Positions 47,644-57,791 of a stretch of DNA of 64,000 nt are shown here, in pieces. How positions within the stretch are numbered: the first letter of the stretch is position 1; every line of letters begins with the position of its first letter. The notes beneath the pieces were generated by a model. That model did no database searches. It saw only the letters and a list, made by a program, of their open reading frames with translations, and was not told the DNA's origin. Source of the stretch: Candidatus Bathyarchaeota archaeon (lineage in GTDB: Archaea; Thermoproteota; Bathyarchaeia; Bathyarchaeales; Bathycorpusculaceae); NCBI GenBank assembly GCA_963782525.1, contig CAWAKC010000007.1, positions 160,001 through 224,000 on the forward strand. Direction: 5' to 3'. The position numbers were made by a program, and so were the translations under genes.

Positions 47644-50067
47644 TTGATTATTATGGACAATAATCAAAGTCCTGACGACTTCAATGCTCTAACAATAGAT
47701 GAAACTTTGAGCCGATTGCAGATTAATCCAGCGACAGGTTTAACCCAAACAGAAGTAAAACAAAGAATTGAACGATATGGCCCTAACGCAGTAGAAGAAA
47801 AGCAGCAGAATCCAGCAATTGCTTTTTTGAAACGTTTTTGGGGTCTGACCGCTTGGATGCTTGAAATAGCAATTATAATATCACTTATTTTAGGTAATTA
47901 TTTAGATTTATACATAATAACGGCTTTACTGCTTGTAAATGCGCTTTTAGGATTTTTTCAGGAACAACAAGCAACAAGAGCTGTAAAAGCACTCAAACAG
48001 AAGCTGCAACTGCAAGCAAGAGTGTTAAGAGATGGATTATGGTCAACAATTTATGCAGAAGAGTTGGTTCCTGGTGACATTATTCGCATAAGGTCGGGTG
48101 ATCTCGTACCCTCAGATCTTAAAATCATTGATGCCGAGATCTCTGTAGATCAATCTGCAATAACTGGAGAATCTATGCCTCTGGAAAAGAAAAAAAGTGA
48201 TCTCATATTTTCCGGTTCTATGATACGAAAGGGTGAAGCCACAGGCGTAGTGACTTCTACAGGTGCTCACACATATTTTGGCAAAACAACTCAATTGGTT
48301 CAGCTAGCCAAACCAAAATTGCACATGGAAACAGTCATCGCTGGATTGATGAAGTGGCTTCTAGTCTTAGTTGTTAGTTTGCTTGCTATTGCCTTTGTCG
48401 TATCATGGATACGTGGAATAAACTTGTTAGTTATGTTATCTTTAGCGTTAATTTTATTGGTGTCAGCAATTCCAGTTGCCCTGCCCACAATGTTCACCAT
48501 TACAATGGCGCTTGGATCTCAAGAACTCGTAAAGAAAGGAGTCTTAGTTACACGCCTTAGCGCATCTGAAGACGCTGCTCTCATGGATGTTTTATGCGTG
48601 GACAAAACAGGTACACTGACCATGAATATGCTAAAGATAGCTGATGTCGTGGAAATTAATGGCCACACAAAAGAGGACGTTATATTATTTGGCGCTTTAG
48701 CATCTCAAAAAGCAAACCAAGATCCTATAGACATAGCGTTCTTAGCAGCAGCCCAAGAAAAAAACCTGTCTTTAAATGATTATACCCAAAAAATGTTTAT
48801 CCCGTTTGATCCAACAACCAGAAGAACAGAGGCAATACTAGAGAAAAATGGACATGAACTACGTGTCACCAAAGGAGCTGCGGCAGTAATAGCCCCGATG
48901 TCTGGGATTTACGGAAAGGAATTTGCGGAGTTAGAAACAAAAATGGAGAACTTCGCGAGCAAGGGATACCGAATTATTGCAGTCGCCGTAAGTCAAGAAG
49001 CGAAAATGCAACTTGCCGGTTTAGTAGCACTCTACGATCAACCTAGACCTGATTCTGCAAGCATTATAGCAAAACTTCGAGCGTTAGGAATATCCGTTAA
49101 AATGCTTACGGGAGATTCTTTACCGATTGCAAAACAGGTGGCCGAAGAGGTACATTTAGGTAACAAGATAGCACGAGCTCCTGAAATCAAAGAAAAGGTA
49201 AACAAAGATGCAATTGATGCAACAGAGATAGTTGAAAAAAGCGATGGCTTCGCTGAAATTTATCCGGAAGGGAAATACCAAATAGTAAAAGCTCTGCAGT
49301 CCAGAAAACATGTGGTTGGGATGACGGGAGATGGCATAAATGATGCCCCTGCCCTAAAACAAGCGGAAGTCGGAATCGCCGTAAGTAATGCAACCGATGT
49401 GGCCAAGGGTGCAGCAAGCGTAGTTCTAACTGAACCAGGATTAACAAACATTCTAAGTCTTGTAATATCCGGAAGAATGATTTATCAAAGAATTCTAACG
49501 TGGATATTTAATAAAATTGTAAAGACATTCCAAGTAGTAGTATTTGTCGTCTTGGCCTTTCTTTTTACTGGACTATTCGTTGTCAACGCCTTTCAGGTTG
49601 TATTATTACTTTTCTTAGTTGATTTTGTAACTATTTCGCTTGCTACTGATAATACAAGAGCTTCAGAAAACCCTGAAACTTGGAATATAGCTTCGCTTCT
49701 TAAAGCGTCGATTATCTTAGGCATATTTATTGTTGTTGAATCCTTTGGACTGCTATACTTAGGCCTAACATACTTGAATCTTTCAGATACTGCTCAATTA
49801 AACACGTTTGTCTTTGACATTTTGTTATTTGGCGGGTTATTTACAATTTTTGTGGTACGAGAGAGAGATAACTTCTGGAAATCAAAACCAAGTAAGCCGC
49901 TTCTTCTTGCGATTATTGTCGATATAATACTCTCCTCGGTAATATCTGCGGTCGGTATCCCGGGACTTACGCCAATACCGCTACTTTACGTTATGATTGT
50001 TTTAGGCTGGTTCTTCATTTTTGGGATTTTGGTAAATGATCAAATAAAAAAGCTATTGATGCATTAA
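47644..50067 (+). CDS. plasma-membrane-type proton-efflux P-type ATPase (P3A)
   Basis: TGES, IPVALP, DKTGTLT, DPID, KGA, TGDGINDAPAL. Confidence 0.93.
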   Translation: MIIMDNNQSPDDFNALTIDETLSRLQINPATGLTQTEVKQRIERYGPNAVEEKQQNPAIAFLKRFWGLTAWMLEIAIIISLILGNYLDLYIITALLLVNALLGFFQEQQATRAVKALKQKLQLQARVLRDGLWSTIYAEELVPGDIIRIRSGDLVPSDLKIIDAEISVDQSAITGESMPLEKKKSDLIFSGSMIRKGEATGVVTSTGAHTYFGKTTQLVQLAKPKLHMETVIAGLMKWLLVLVVSLLAIAFVVSWIRGINLLVMLSLALILLVSAIPVALPTMFTITMALGSQELVKKGVLVTRLSASEDAALMDVLCVDKTGTLTMNMLKIADVVEINGHTKEDVILFGALASQKANQDPIDIAFLAAAQEKNLSLNDYTQKMFIPFDPTTRRTEAILEKNGHELRVTKGAAAVIAPMSGIYGKEFAELETKMENFASKGYRIIAVAVSQEAKMQLAGLVALYDQPRPDSASIIAKLRALGISVKMLTGDSLPIAKQVAEEVHLGNKIARAPEIKEKVNKDAIDATEIVEKSDGFAEIYPEGKYQIVKALQSRKHVVGMTGDGINDAPALKQAEVGIAVSNATDVAKGAASVVLTEPGLTNILSLVISGRMIYQRILTWIFNKIVKTFQVVVFVVLAFLFTGLFVVNAFQVVLLLFLVDFVTISLATDNTRASENPETWNIASLLKASIILGIFIVVESFGLLYLGLTYLNLSDTAQLNTFVFDILLFGGLFTIFVVRERDNFWKSKPSKPLLLAIIVDIILSSVISAVGIPGLTPIPLLYVMIVLGWFFIFGILVNDQIKKLLMH

Positions 50068-50105
50068 GTTGTTTCAGCCTTTCAAGACAACAGTTACTGC
50101 CGGCG

Positions 50106-50537
50106 TCAAGTATGTTTTACTTCAAAGGAGTAAGTTATCAGTGCAACTTTTTTAAGCATGGCGCCTACAGAGCAATACGTTTCCATCGATAGTTCTATTG
50201 CCCGTTTTGCCGCCTCTTCAGTAACATTTTCGCCCTTGATAATATAATTCAAGTGGATTTTTGTAAAAATCTTAGGAGGAGGATCTTCTCTCCTTTCAGC
50301 CGTCGCCTCAACTGAGAAGCCGGTGATTATTTGTCGCTTCTTTTTTAAAATTATTAATACGTCATAGCTACTGCAAGCTGCTAAACTGGCAAGCACATTT
50401 TCCATTGGCGTTAAAGCTGTTTCCTCGCCCCCAAATTCAGGTGAAGCATCGAATCTCACTGACAGCCCTTTTTCGTTTTTCGCTATTAACTGAAAATTTC
50501 GTTCCCATTCAAGCACCATTTTCTTTGTAGACGTCAT
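50106..50537 (-). CDS. OsmC family protein
   Basis: TPME..LAACS, YCSVG; start likely ATG of MTSTKK rather than track 50591. Confidence 0.85.
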   Translation of the reverse strand: MTSTKKMVLEWERNFQLIAKNEKGLSVRFDASPEFGGEETALTPMENVLASLAACSSYDVLIILKKKRQIITGFSVEATAERREDPPPKIFTKIHLNYIIKGENVTEEAAKRAIELSMETYCSVGAMLKKVALITYSFEVKHT

Positions 50538-50663
50538 AATTTTTAATAAAGTTGCCCGGTATATTAGTATTTTAATCTGTGAAACATACAATCCATATAG
50601 AATTAACTATCGATAGCTACATTTTTAACAGTCTATTTACTTTATAATATTTGAGATGGTTTT

Positions 50664-51407
50664 ATGGCTAATTTGATAGATAAAATAGCTATTGTTACTG
50701 GAGCGGGTCATGGCATAGGAAAAGGAATTGCTATGGAACTGGCTCGCAATGGGGCTGATGTAGTTGTTACAGACCTCTCGGATGAAATTTTTAATGTTGG
50801 TAAAGAGCTTGAATCATTCGGTTCAAAAGCATACCCTGTAAAATGTGATGTTACAGACCTTAAAGAAGCACAAACAATAGAGGAAAAAATTGTAGACAAA
50901 TATGAACGCATAGACATACTAGTAAATAATGCTGGAATTTACCCTCAAAAATCATTTCTTGAAATGACAAATGAAGATTGGAGCAAAGTACTAAACGTAA
51001 ACTTAAACGGTGTCTTCCATTGCACTAAGGCGGTAGCCCCAAAGATGGTGCAACAAAAATATGGTAAAATAATAAACATCGCCTCAATCGCTGGAGCCGT
51101 TGTAGGATATGTAAATTTGGCTCATTACTCAGCAAGCAAAGCAGCCATCGCAGGCTTCACCAAATCATTAGCCTTAGAAATGGCTCCTTATGGAATTAAC
51201 GTAAATGCCATTGCACCCGGAGCAATAGATGTAGGCTCCATACCTGCTGGTTCGGAGATGCTCCAACAAGTAATAAAAACTATTCCCATAGGCAGAATGG
51301 GACTTCCATCGGACATAGCAAACTTGGCGGTTTTCTTGGCAAGCGATGAATCAAACTACATAACAGGCCAATGCATAGTATGTGATGGCGGATACACAAT
51401 TCCATAG
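50664..51407 (+). CDS. SDR oxidoreductase (FabG-like)
   Basis: TGAGHGIG, NNAG, YSASK. Confidence 0.93.
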   Translation: MANLIDKIAIVTGAGHGIGKGIAMELARNGADVVVTDLSDEIFNVGKELESFGSKAYPVKCDVTDLKEAQTIEEKIVDKYERIDILVNNAGIYPQKSFLEMTNEDWSKVLNVNLNGVFHCTKAVAPKMVQQKYGKIINIASIAGAVVGYVNLAHYSASKAAIAGFTKSLALEMAPYGINVNAIAPGAIDVGSIPAGSEMLQQVIKTIPIGRMGLPSDIANLAVFLASDESNYITGQCIVCDGGYTIP

Positions 51408-51559
51408 AATGTTCTAATAAAGAGATGCCGTTCTGCTCTGACCTGCGCCTAAATCCAAAAAATTCCATGCAAAAACAGGGACTTGCTTTATCTTCAATGT
51501 TATCGTGCCTTTACATTGGCGAGATTTTTATTACTAATGGTAAGAGTTAAATATCTTTG

Positions 51560-51591
51560 CAGTAACACTTTTTGTTGTAATAGTGTTACTG
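51560..51591. promoter_or_regulatory. inverted-repeat operator, NikR-like geometry
   Basis: CAGTAACACT-N12-AGTGTTACTG between a TTAAATA box and ATG 51606. Confidence 0.65.
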
Positions 51592-51605
51592 AAAAGGTAT
51601 TGTAT

Positions 51606-52200
51606 ATGACTTACTTTAATAGTCGAGATATAGCTGCAATAGCGATGTGCGCAGCACTATGGGGGCGTACTTAATTCGATTTTCTCACCAATAGTTTTCA
51701 GTATAACACATCTTCCCATACTCTGCGATTTAATCGGATTCACGATCCTGACGGTAGCCGCTTGGTGGATAAGAAAATTCGGTGCTATAACCGCTATCGG
51801 ATTTATAGCCACCATCATAAACTTCATATTTAACCCCCAAGCCCTTACATTCTTAGGTTTTACAGCCGCTGCCTTCGTATTCGACTTAATATTAGCACTT
51901 GTTGGGTTCAACAACTTTTTCAAGAGAGCATTAAACACAACTATCATAGCAACTATCATCTCAACCCTTTCAGCTGCCATTGCTGGGTTCATTATAGGCT
52001 CGTTTTTCATGGCTACCCCAGCATTGTCGCTTTGGGGTGGCGTGTCTGGTTGGGCAGGATTGCACGCCGTGGGCGGTATAGTCGGTGGAGCAGTGGGGGC
52101 CACTCTAGTTGCATCTCTAAATTCCCGAAAAATTATGGGCAATGGTCAAATGATTCATGAACAAAAAAAGAGTTTGTCTTCAGGCGGTTGCGTTAAATGA
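51606..52200 (+). pseudogene. ECF S-component-like membrane protein with +1 frameshift
   Basis: MTYFNSRDIAAIAMCAALWG, extra G in G5 run 51661-51665, then VLNSIFSP...WWIRKFG...FDL continuing to track ORF ending 52200. Confidence 0.7.
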
Positions 52201-52823
52201 GTCGCCAAGAATATTTTAATCAACTCGCTGACTCTTGGGATAAACGTTTCCAGACTGAGCCGCTGTCAACTTTCTTAGAGCAGTTCGTTCCAACGTTCGG
52301 TTTATTGCTTGGACAAAAAGTTTTAGACGCGGGCACTGGAACAGGCGTACTGATTCCCTTCTTGCTTAAAGCCGTTGGACCAACAGGACAAGTTTCAGCG
52401 ATTGACTACGCCGAGAAAATGGTCAAAATATGCAAAGCGAAATACGCGCATCTCCCGAACGTCACCGTTACTGTTCAGCAAGTTGAAACGCTCAATTTTG
52501 CACCCCAGACTTTTAACGCTGTCACCTGTTTCGGTTTGTTTCCTCACTTGGAAAACAAAGAAGAAGCGCTACGACAATTTAATCGCATACTGAAAACAAA
52601 CGGCAAACTCATCATAGCTCACGCTCTTAGCAGTAGGGAAATAAAAGCACATCACCATAACGCATCATCAGTAGTTGCCAACGATATACTACCAACCGCT
52701 ACAATAATGAAAAAGTTGTTGAAACAAGCTGGCTTCGAGAAAATCAATATTATTGACAAACCAGGTCAGTACTTCAATCTTTCAATAAAAGCAAATAAAG
52801 CTATTGGGACGACAGATGAATGA
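52197..52823 (+). CDS. class I SAM-dependent methyltransferase
   Basis: VLDAGTGTG; His-rich HHH; overlaps upstream stop. Confidence 0.9.
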   Translation: MSRQEYFNQLADSWDKRFQTEPLSTFLEQFVPTFGLLLGQKVLDAGTGTGVLIPFLLKAVGPTGQVSAIDYAEKMVKICKAKYAHLPNVTVTVQQVETLNFAPQTFNAVTCFGLFPHLENKEEALRQFNRILKTNGKLIIAHALSSREIKAHHHNASSVVANDILPTATIMKKLLKQAGFEKINIIDKPGQYFNLSIKANKAIGTTDE

Positions 52824-52892
52824 GCGGGATGGTCTCATTGTGATTTGCCCCATTTGTTTTAATATGACTTTGGTGGGTATTTCTTAAATAAG

Positions 52893-54170
52893 ATGTCAAA
52901 AACAGGGTCTGAAGAAGAAAATCACGATGGATGGCCATACAAAAAATTGGAACATTGGCCTCCGATGACTTACAGAAACCGTTCAATCACCAGTCCTGAA
53001 ACTAATCATGCCTTTATAGGTCTCCTTGAGATAGAAAACAAATCAAGGCATAACATGGAATTGCAGCCGTGGATTCCATTCTGTGACGGCAAATGCACTT
53101 TCTGCTATTTCCCAGTAAACTGCGACAAGCAAAAAGTCGACCTATACATTCAAACGTTGAAAAAAGCGTTGAGTTTCTACGCTAAAAGTCGTTATGTTAA
53201 ATCAAGCGTCTTTAGCGAGTTTTACATAGGAGGAGGAAGTCCATCTGTCCTTTCTGGAATCCAAATAGAAGAAATTCTTCGTTTTTGCAAAGAAAAATTC
53301 AGCTTCAATTCCAACTCTACCACCAAGTTCACCGCCTGCACTAACAATCTTACCGAAGAAAAAATCCAACTTTTTTCTTCAAATGCGGTCGACCAATTGG
53401 ACATAGGAATCCAAACCTTTAATGAGAGTCTTCGCAAGATTCTCATGCTCCGTGATAGTAGCACAAATGCCAAGCAAAAACTCAAAGAAGTTAAGAAACA
53501 TGGATTGCATGTTAGTATAGACTTGCTCTATAACCTACCAGGACAATCGATGGAACAATGGAAAGAAGACTTGCGTCAATCGGTTGAATTAAACCTAGAA
53601 AGCGTTGATTGCTATCCTTTGGAGTTGTACCCTGGCACGCCGCTTGCAAACAGAATTGCCGCAGGAGAGCTACCGCCTGCTAATGGCGATGGGAAAGAAC
53701 TTGAAATGTACCTTGAAGCATACTGCTTTTTCAAAGAAAACGGTTACGCTCCTACTTGCCATAATAGGTTTTCAAGGCTCAAAGAAGACTTCGACAAGCC
53801 GTCTTCGGAAGTAATTGGTACGGGAGCGGGCTTTTTCATGGGGCGTTTAGGAAGCTATCTATATTCAGATATAGAAAACGTTGAAGAATACGTTGCTGCT
53901 GTTCAAAAGGGTGGTTTACCAGTTTCTAAGCTTGCTGAGCTTTCTTTGGAAGATGAAATGAGAACGGCTATGATGCTGATTTATGTTCGTGTTCCTGTAG
54001 ATCGTGGAGAATTCAAGTCTCAGTTCGGCAAGTTTCCCGAAGAAGCCTTTCCAAAAGCTATTGATAAACTCCAACGTATTGGGCTAATAAAGGTAGAAGA
54101 TAATAAAATACGCTTAACTGAGAAAGGCGACCCGTGGAGATTCAATATCGCGTGGGAGTTCTTTAAGTAA
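52893..54170 (+). CDS. HemN/HemW-like radical SAM protein
   Basis: IPFCDGKCTFC, YIGGGSPS, GIQTF, DLLYNLPGQ. Confidence 0.88.
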   Translation: MSKTGSEEENHDGWPYKKLEHWPPMTYRNRSITSPETNHAFIGLLEIENKSRHNMELQPWIPFCDGKCTFCYFPVNCDKQKVDLYIQTLKKALSFYAKSRYVKSSVFSEFYIGGGSPSVLSGIQIEEILRFCKEKFSFNSNSTTKFTACTNNLTEEKIQLFSSNAVDQLDIGIQTFNESLRKILMLRDSSTNAKQKLKEVKKHGLHVSIDLLYNLPGQSMEQWKEDLRQSVELNLESVDCYPLELYPGTPLANRIAAGELPPANGDGKELEMYLEAYCFFKENGYAPTCHNRFSRLKEDFDKPSSEVIGTGAGFFMGRLGSYLYSDIENVEEYVAAVQKGGLPVSKLAELSLEDEMRTAMMLIYVRVPVDRGEFKSQFGKFPEEAFPKAIDKLQRIGLIKVEDNKIRLTEKGDPWRFNIAWEFFK

Positions 54171-54243
54171 GGATTTGGACGGAAACTCTGGCATAAAAGA
54201 AGACTCAGAAAAACTGAAATATTGTAATCGAGAATGGTACTGT

Positions 54244-54573
54244 TTACCGTTTTGGGTTAGCAACAATCCATTTTACGTTATCAAACCCATACCTTGCCAG
54301 TAGCGGCGCTAAAAAATTTGGCAGAACCTCGTCTGCTACCTCGCCCAAAACTACGGTGTCGCCTTCCTGATAAACCAGCGCTACACAGGAGAAGTCTTTT
54401 TGGTGTTCGTATTTAGATAGGATTTGCCAGTATTTTTCTATGCCTTTGCCTTTCTGGATGATCCAGACGCATTTATCGTTAGATGTTTCTTCTTCAAATG
54501 TGTTGAATGCGCGGACGACTTCAGCTACAGTGTTTGGGGTTTGGGCTGTTTTGACGCAGAACCAGATCGTCAT
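54244..54573 (-). CDS. hypothetical protein
   Basis: 109-aa ORF with plausible composition. Confidence 0.6.
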   Translation of the reverse strand: MTIWFCVKTAQTPNTVAEVVRAFNTFEEETSNDKCVWIIQKGKGIEKYWQILSKYEHQKDFSCVALVYQEGDTVVLGEVADEVLPNFLAPLLARYGFDNVKWIVANPKR

Positions 54574-55057
54574 ATAATTTCTACCGCAAATAAAATTAGC
54601 CGAAGCTTCTTATCTATTTTATCTAACAAGCGATAAGAAAAGGCGAGGCTTAAGGGTGTTTGCGCACTGTAACCTGAGCCTCTGAGCACAGCTTTTGGAT
54701 AATACTCGTGAGTTATGTTATGCTGACGGGTTACTTGTTCCAAACAATCTGGGCAGAAAAGACTAAATGTATAACTTATATTGCGCTTTAAGAAGGGGCA
54801 TCAATATTCTTGGAGTTAGAACATAATTGCTTTGGTGAAGGCGTAAGAAAAGCAAGACAAGTAGCATCCAGTGCTAGAAGAGAGTTGAAGCCAAAGCGCG
54901 CTTCGTTTCTAATTCCAAGTTTTTACACAATCTGATTTGGGTTCAAAACCCCGGAAAAAATCAGCTTAAAAATTCTCTGCCAACAACTATTCAGGTAGCA
55001 GGCAGTTTTAATCCTCGGTTAAAGAGAAAAATAGCTCAGTTAGCGACTTTGCTAAAG

Positions 55058-55276
55058 TCAATTAATTTTTAATTTAATTGCTTTTGCGCGACATTTTGTT
55101 AAGCAATCGCCGCATCCTCTACAAAATGTCGGATCTACAAAATTTGGGTCGTTGCTATCAATGCGAAAAATAGCTTTGAGGGGGCATGCCTTTGCTGCCT
55201 GGCACTCAAAACATCGAAGACATTCATTTGGGTCAATAAAGGCCTTATGCATAGACCTCACTTGGAAGGTTTCCAC
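55058..55276 (-). CDS. 4Fe-4S ferredoxin
   Basis: CLRCFECQAAKACP and CRGCGDCLTKCR. Confidence 0.85.
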   Translation of the reverse strand: METFQVRSMHKAFIDPNECLRCFECQAAKACPLKAIFRIDSNDPNFVDPTFCRGCGDCLTKCRAKAIKLKIN

Positions 55277-55379
55277 AACGCCTTATTGCGATTTGCGACC
55301 CGACTGGCTACACCAAACGCCGAAATTCCTAGTAAGCTAACAAGCAACAAAAGCTTAATCAAGTTAAACTCCCCCGAGG

Positions 55380-55859
55380 CTATAATACCTCTTTTGGATT
55401 TTTTGGTTTTCTTGGTCGCCATGTTAGAGCACTAAAGATCGTAAATACTAAGAGAGCCACAAACACTGCTGCTTTGATGACCGTGAAATCTACGATGGCT
55501 GAGTAGAGTGCGAATGCTGCGGGGAATCCTCCGATATATAGTGTGAAAAATATTGCTGTGGGCAGTTTGTAGTTGTATTTGTAGTCTTTGAAGATGCGTC
55601 TGCCAAAGTACAAGGCTGCCAAGCGCCCCATGCCGTGAGTGCATTTTATGCAATTGTAGCATGGACGTAGGCAACCCAGAAGGTGAAGTACACCATAAAT
55701 CAAGATAAGTGTTAGGATAAAAAACACAATACCTGCTGTGAAATCATACAGCAGAAAAGCCACTGAATCAAGAACAATCCATAGGAAAAGCGATAGGTTA
55801 CCAAAGAGAACTAGGTTTTCTGGGAAGAAAATTGGGCGACCGTTTTTTGGTTCTGTCAT
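55380..55859 (-). CDS. 4-TM membrane protein with a Cys cluster in a loop
   Basis: GCLRPCYNCIKCTHG between TM pairs; ATG 55859. Confidence 0.7.
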   Translation of the reverse strand: MTEPKNGRPIFFPENLVLFGNLSLFLWIVLDSVAFLLYDFTAGIVFFILTLILIYGVLHLLGCLRPCYNCIKCTHGMGRLAALYFGRRIFKDYKYNYKLPTAIFFTLYIGGFPAAFALYSAIVDFTVIKAAVFVALLVFTIFSALTWRPRKPKNPKEVL

Positions 55860-56027
55860 GACAGCCTCTTCCAAGCGATTGACATATAAGGTTTTTTTAG
55901 CCCAACAAATTCGCGCGCGTGCAATAAGCTATTCCAGCGGATAGCCAGGAGGTTGCCGCCAGCAAACCGTGATTTTACCGCTTCTATTTTTTCTTCAACA
56001 CTCGTCATGTGCAATCCTCTGTGTCTG

Positions 56028-56438
56028 CTATCCCAGATACCGTTTGATCATCGCTTCGATATGCGCTTTGGGGTGAGCACCCACTAATCTCTCAACTTCT
56101 TTGCCATGGTTGAAGATAATTATAGTTGGAATGCTCATTATTCCAAAGCTACTCGGCACTACTTGATTCTCGTCAACATTCATTTTTCCAAACGCTGCTT
56201 TACCGGTATATTCAGCTGATAGGGCCTCAATTATGGGTCCTACCATTCGGCATGGACCACACCAAGGAGCCCAAAAGTCGACCACCAGTAATTCATTTGC
56301 TGAGACTGCTCCTGAAAAGTTGCTATCAGTCAGAATTATTGGCTGTTTTGCAACTGGTGTTTGACCTTTTTTGGAGGCGTCTAGCATTGCTTGAATTTTT
56401 CTGAGTCTAATTTGTTCTAATTCATTTTCTTCATACAT
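56028..56438 (-). CDS. trxA: thioredoxin
   Basis: DFWAPWCGPC, SIPT. Confidence 0.95.
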   Translation of the reverse strand: MYEENELEQIRLRKIQAMLDASKKGQTPVAKQPIILTDSNFSGAVSANELLVVDFWAPWCGPCRMVGPIIEALSAEYTGKAAFGKMNVDENQVVPSSFGIMSIPTIIIFNHGKEVERLVGAHPKAHIEAMIKRYLG

Positions 56439-56474
56439 GCCTTAACTACCTTCATTTTCTTTTTATTGGGGATT

Positions 56475-56582
56475 TTAAGCTTGTTTTTGAGTGTTTTCCC
56501 TGGCTACCCAGACCTTGCAGGTTGGAGAGTGGTCGCATAGTTCTTCGGGGATACCGCGCGGGCATTCAATTTTTTTCTGCAT
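56475..56582 (-). CDS. putative 35-aa Cys/His microprotein
   Basis: MQKKIECPRGIPEELCDHSPTCKVWVARENTQKQA; first ORF upstream of trxA. Confidence 0.4.
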   Translation of the reverse strand: MQKKIECPRGIPEELCDHSPTCKVWVARENTQKQA

Positions 56583-56634
56583 TACTATACTTCCTATGCA
56601 ACAACAATGTAACTCGCAGCCAAATATATCTTAC

Positions 56635-56649
56635 GGTATTGTCAATACC
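56635..56649. promoter_or_regulatory. palindromic operator between divergent genes
   Basis: GGTATTG-T-CAATACC perfect 7-1-7 repeat, extra CAATACC half-site downstream, near TTTATAT. Confidence 0.55.
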
Positions 56650-56690
56650 AAACAATACCATTTATATGTAAGATTTGATAAATAGTCTTT

Positions 56691-57068
56691 ATGGAAAGCA
56701 TTAACCTACTAACAAAAAAAGGCGCCTCCTGCACCGACTTACTTACATGCCTATATAACCTAAAACCCGCAGACCTTGAAGTCCTCCTTGCAGTGGCAAA
56801 AAATGAAAACGCTACGCTTGACCAAATCGCAAAAATAGTGCAGAAGGATCGAAGCTCAGTACACCGCTGTCTTTCTAAGCTTTTAAGCATAAATTTAGTA
56901 AACAAGCAGTCAAAATCTCTCAAGGGCGGCGGATACTACCACACTTACGCCATGCTTGACCCAGCAACAATTAAGAAGCACGCACTCGAGCGAGTAAAAG
57001 AAATTCATGAAAGCCTTGAAGCACTCGTAGACAGCTTCGAATTAGACCTTCAAAAACACTTAAAATAA
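56691..57068 (+). CDS. TrmB/MarR-like HTH transcription regulator with Cys residues
   Basis: CTDLLTCLY, DRSSVHRCLSKL, GGYYHTY. Confidence 0.85.
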   Translation: MESINLLTKKGASCTDLLTCLYNLKPADLEVLLAVAKNENATLDQIAKIVQKDRSSVHRCLSKLLSINLVNKQSKSLKGGGYYHTYAMLDPATIKKHALERVKEIHESLEALVDSFELDLQKHLK

Positions 57069-57163
57069 GCAAAAAAAAGTTATGGAAAAGAAAATAAGTA
57101 GAACATAGAGACTACATTCGACACCTAAAAATTCCTTTGGCAGCCAGCATGCGTTGACTATCC

Positions 57164-57601
57164 TCAAGATCCTCGTAATGCTAGTAAGGCTTCCTTAGCA
57201 TGCTTATTGAAATGAAGTTGTGAGACAAAAACGTGCTTAACGATGCCTTCCTTATCTATAACGAATGTGACCCTTCCAGGAACCCCGAAAGTAGGTGAAA
57301 CGCCGTATAGTTTTCTAACTTTGTTATCGGCGTCGCTCAATAAGATATATGGCAGATTATGATGATTGGCAAAACTTTTATGGGATTCCACACTTTGGGC
57401 ACTTATGCCAATTACTTCAGCATTCTTTTCTTTGAAGGCTTCATAGTTATTTCTGAACGCCTCTGCTTCTTTACAACAAGTAGGTCCTTCATCCCGCGGA
57501 TAAAAGAAAAGAACAACATTCTTTTTTCCTAAAAACTGTGACAAACTAATATTCTCACCAGTGTTTGATTGAAGGGTAAAATCTGGTGCTCTGTCTCCCA
57601 T
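57164..57601 (-). CDS. peroxiredoxin (Bcp/PrxQ family)
   Basis: GDRAPDF, FYPRDEGPTC, RVTFVID. Confidence 0.88.
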   Translation of the reverse strand: MGDRAPDFTLQSNTGENISLSQFLGKKNVVLFFYPRDEGPTCCKEAEAFRNNYEAFKEKNAEVIGISAQSVESHKSFANHHNLPYILLSDADNKVRKLYGVSPTFGVPGRVTFVIDKEGIVKHVFVSQLHFNKHAKEALLALRGS

Positions 57602-57791
57602 TTTGATTTTAACTATACTCTTACCTTCTTGGCGCTTATTGGAAAATTAATCGGTAATAAAAGAATTTGTGAATGTCATTTAACTTATCTTTTAATTATC
57701 ACAATCAGACTTCAGAACATAATTTTATTGCTTAAAATATCTGAATTATGATAAATGGCTGAATATTTTTTTATGATTTTGACCTCACTTT

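Noticed and set aside
54600-55050. Long intergenic gap as ncRNA or gene remnant
   Set aside because: No convincing ORF, structure or repeat could be supported by eye.
55856-56008. 50-aa ORF (MTSVEEKIEAVKSRF...) with an ATGA overlap into the membrane-protein gene
   Set aside because: No recognisable motif, and it spans a likely BRE/TATA (AAAAAACCTTATAT) of the downstream gene.
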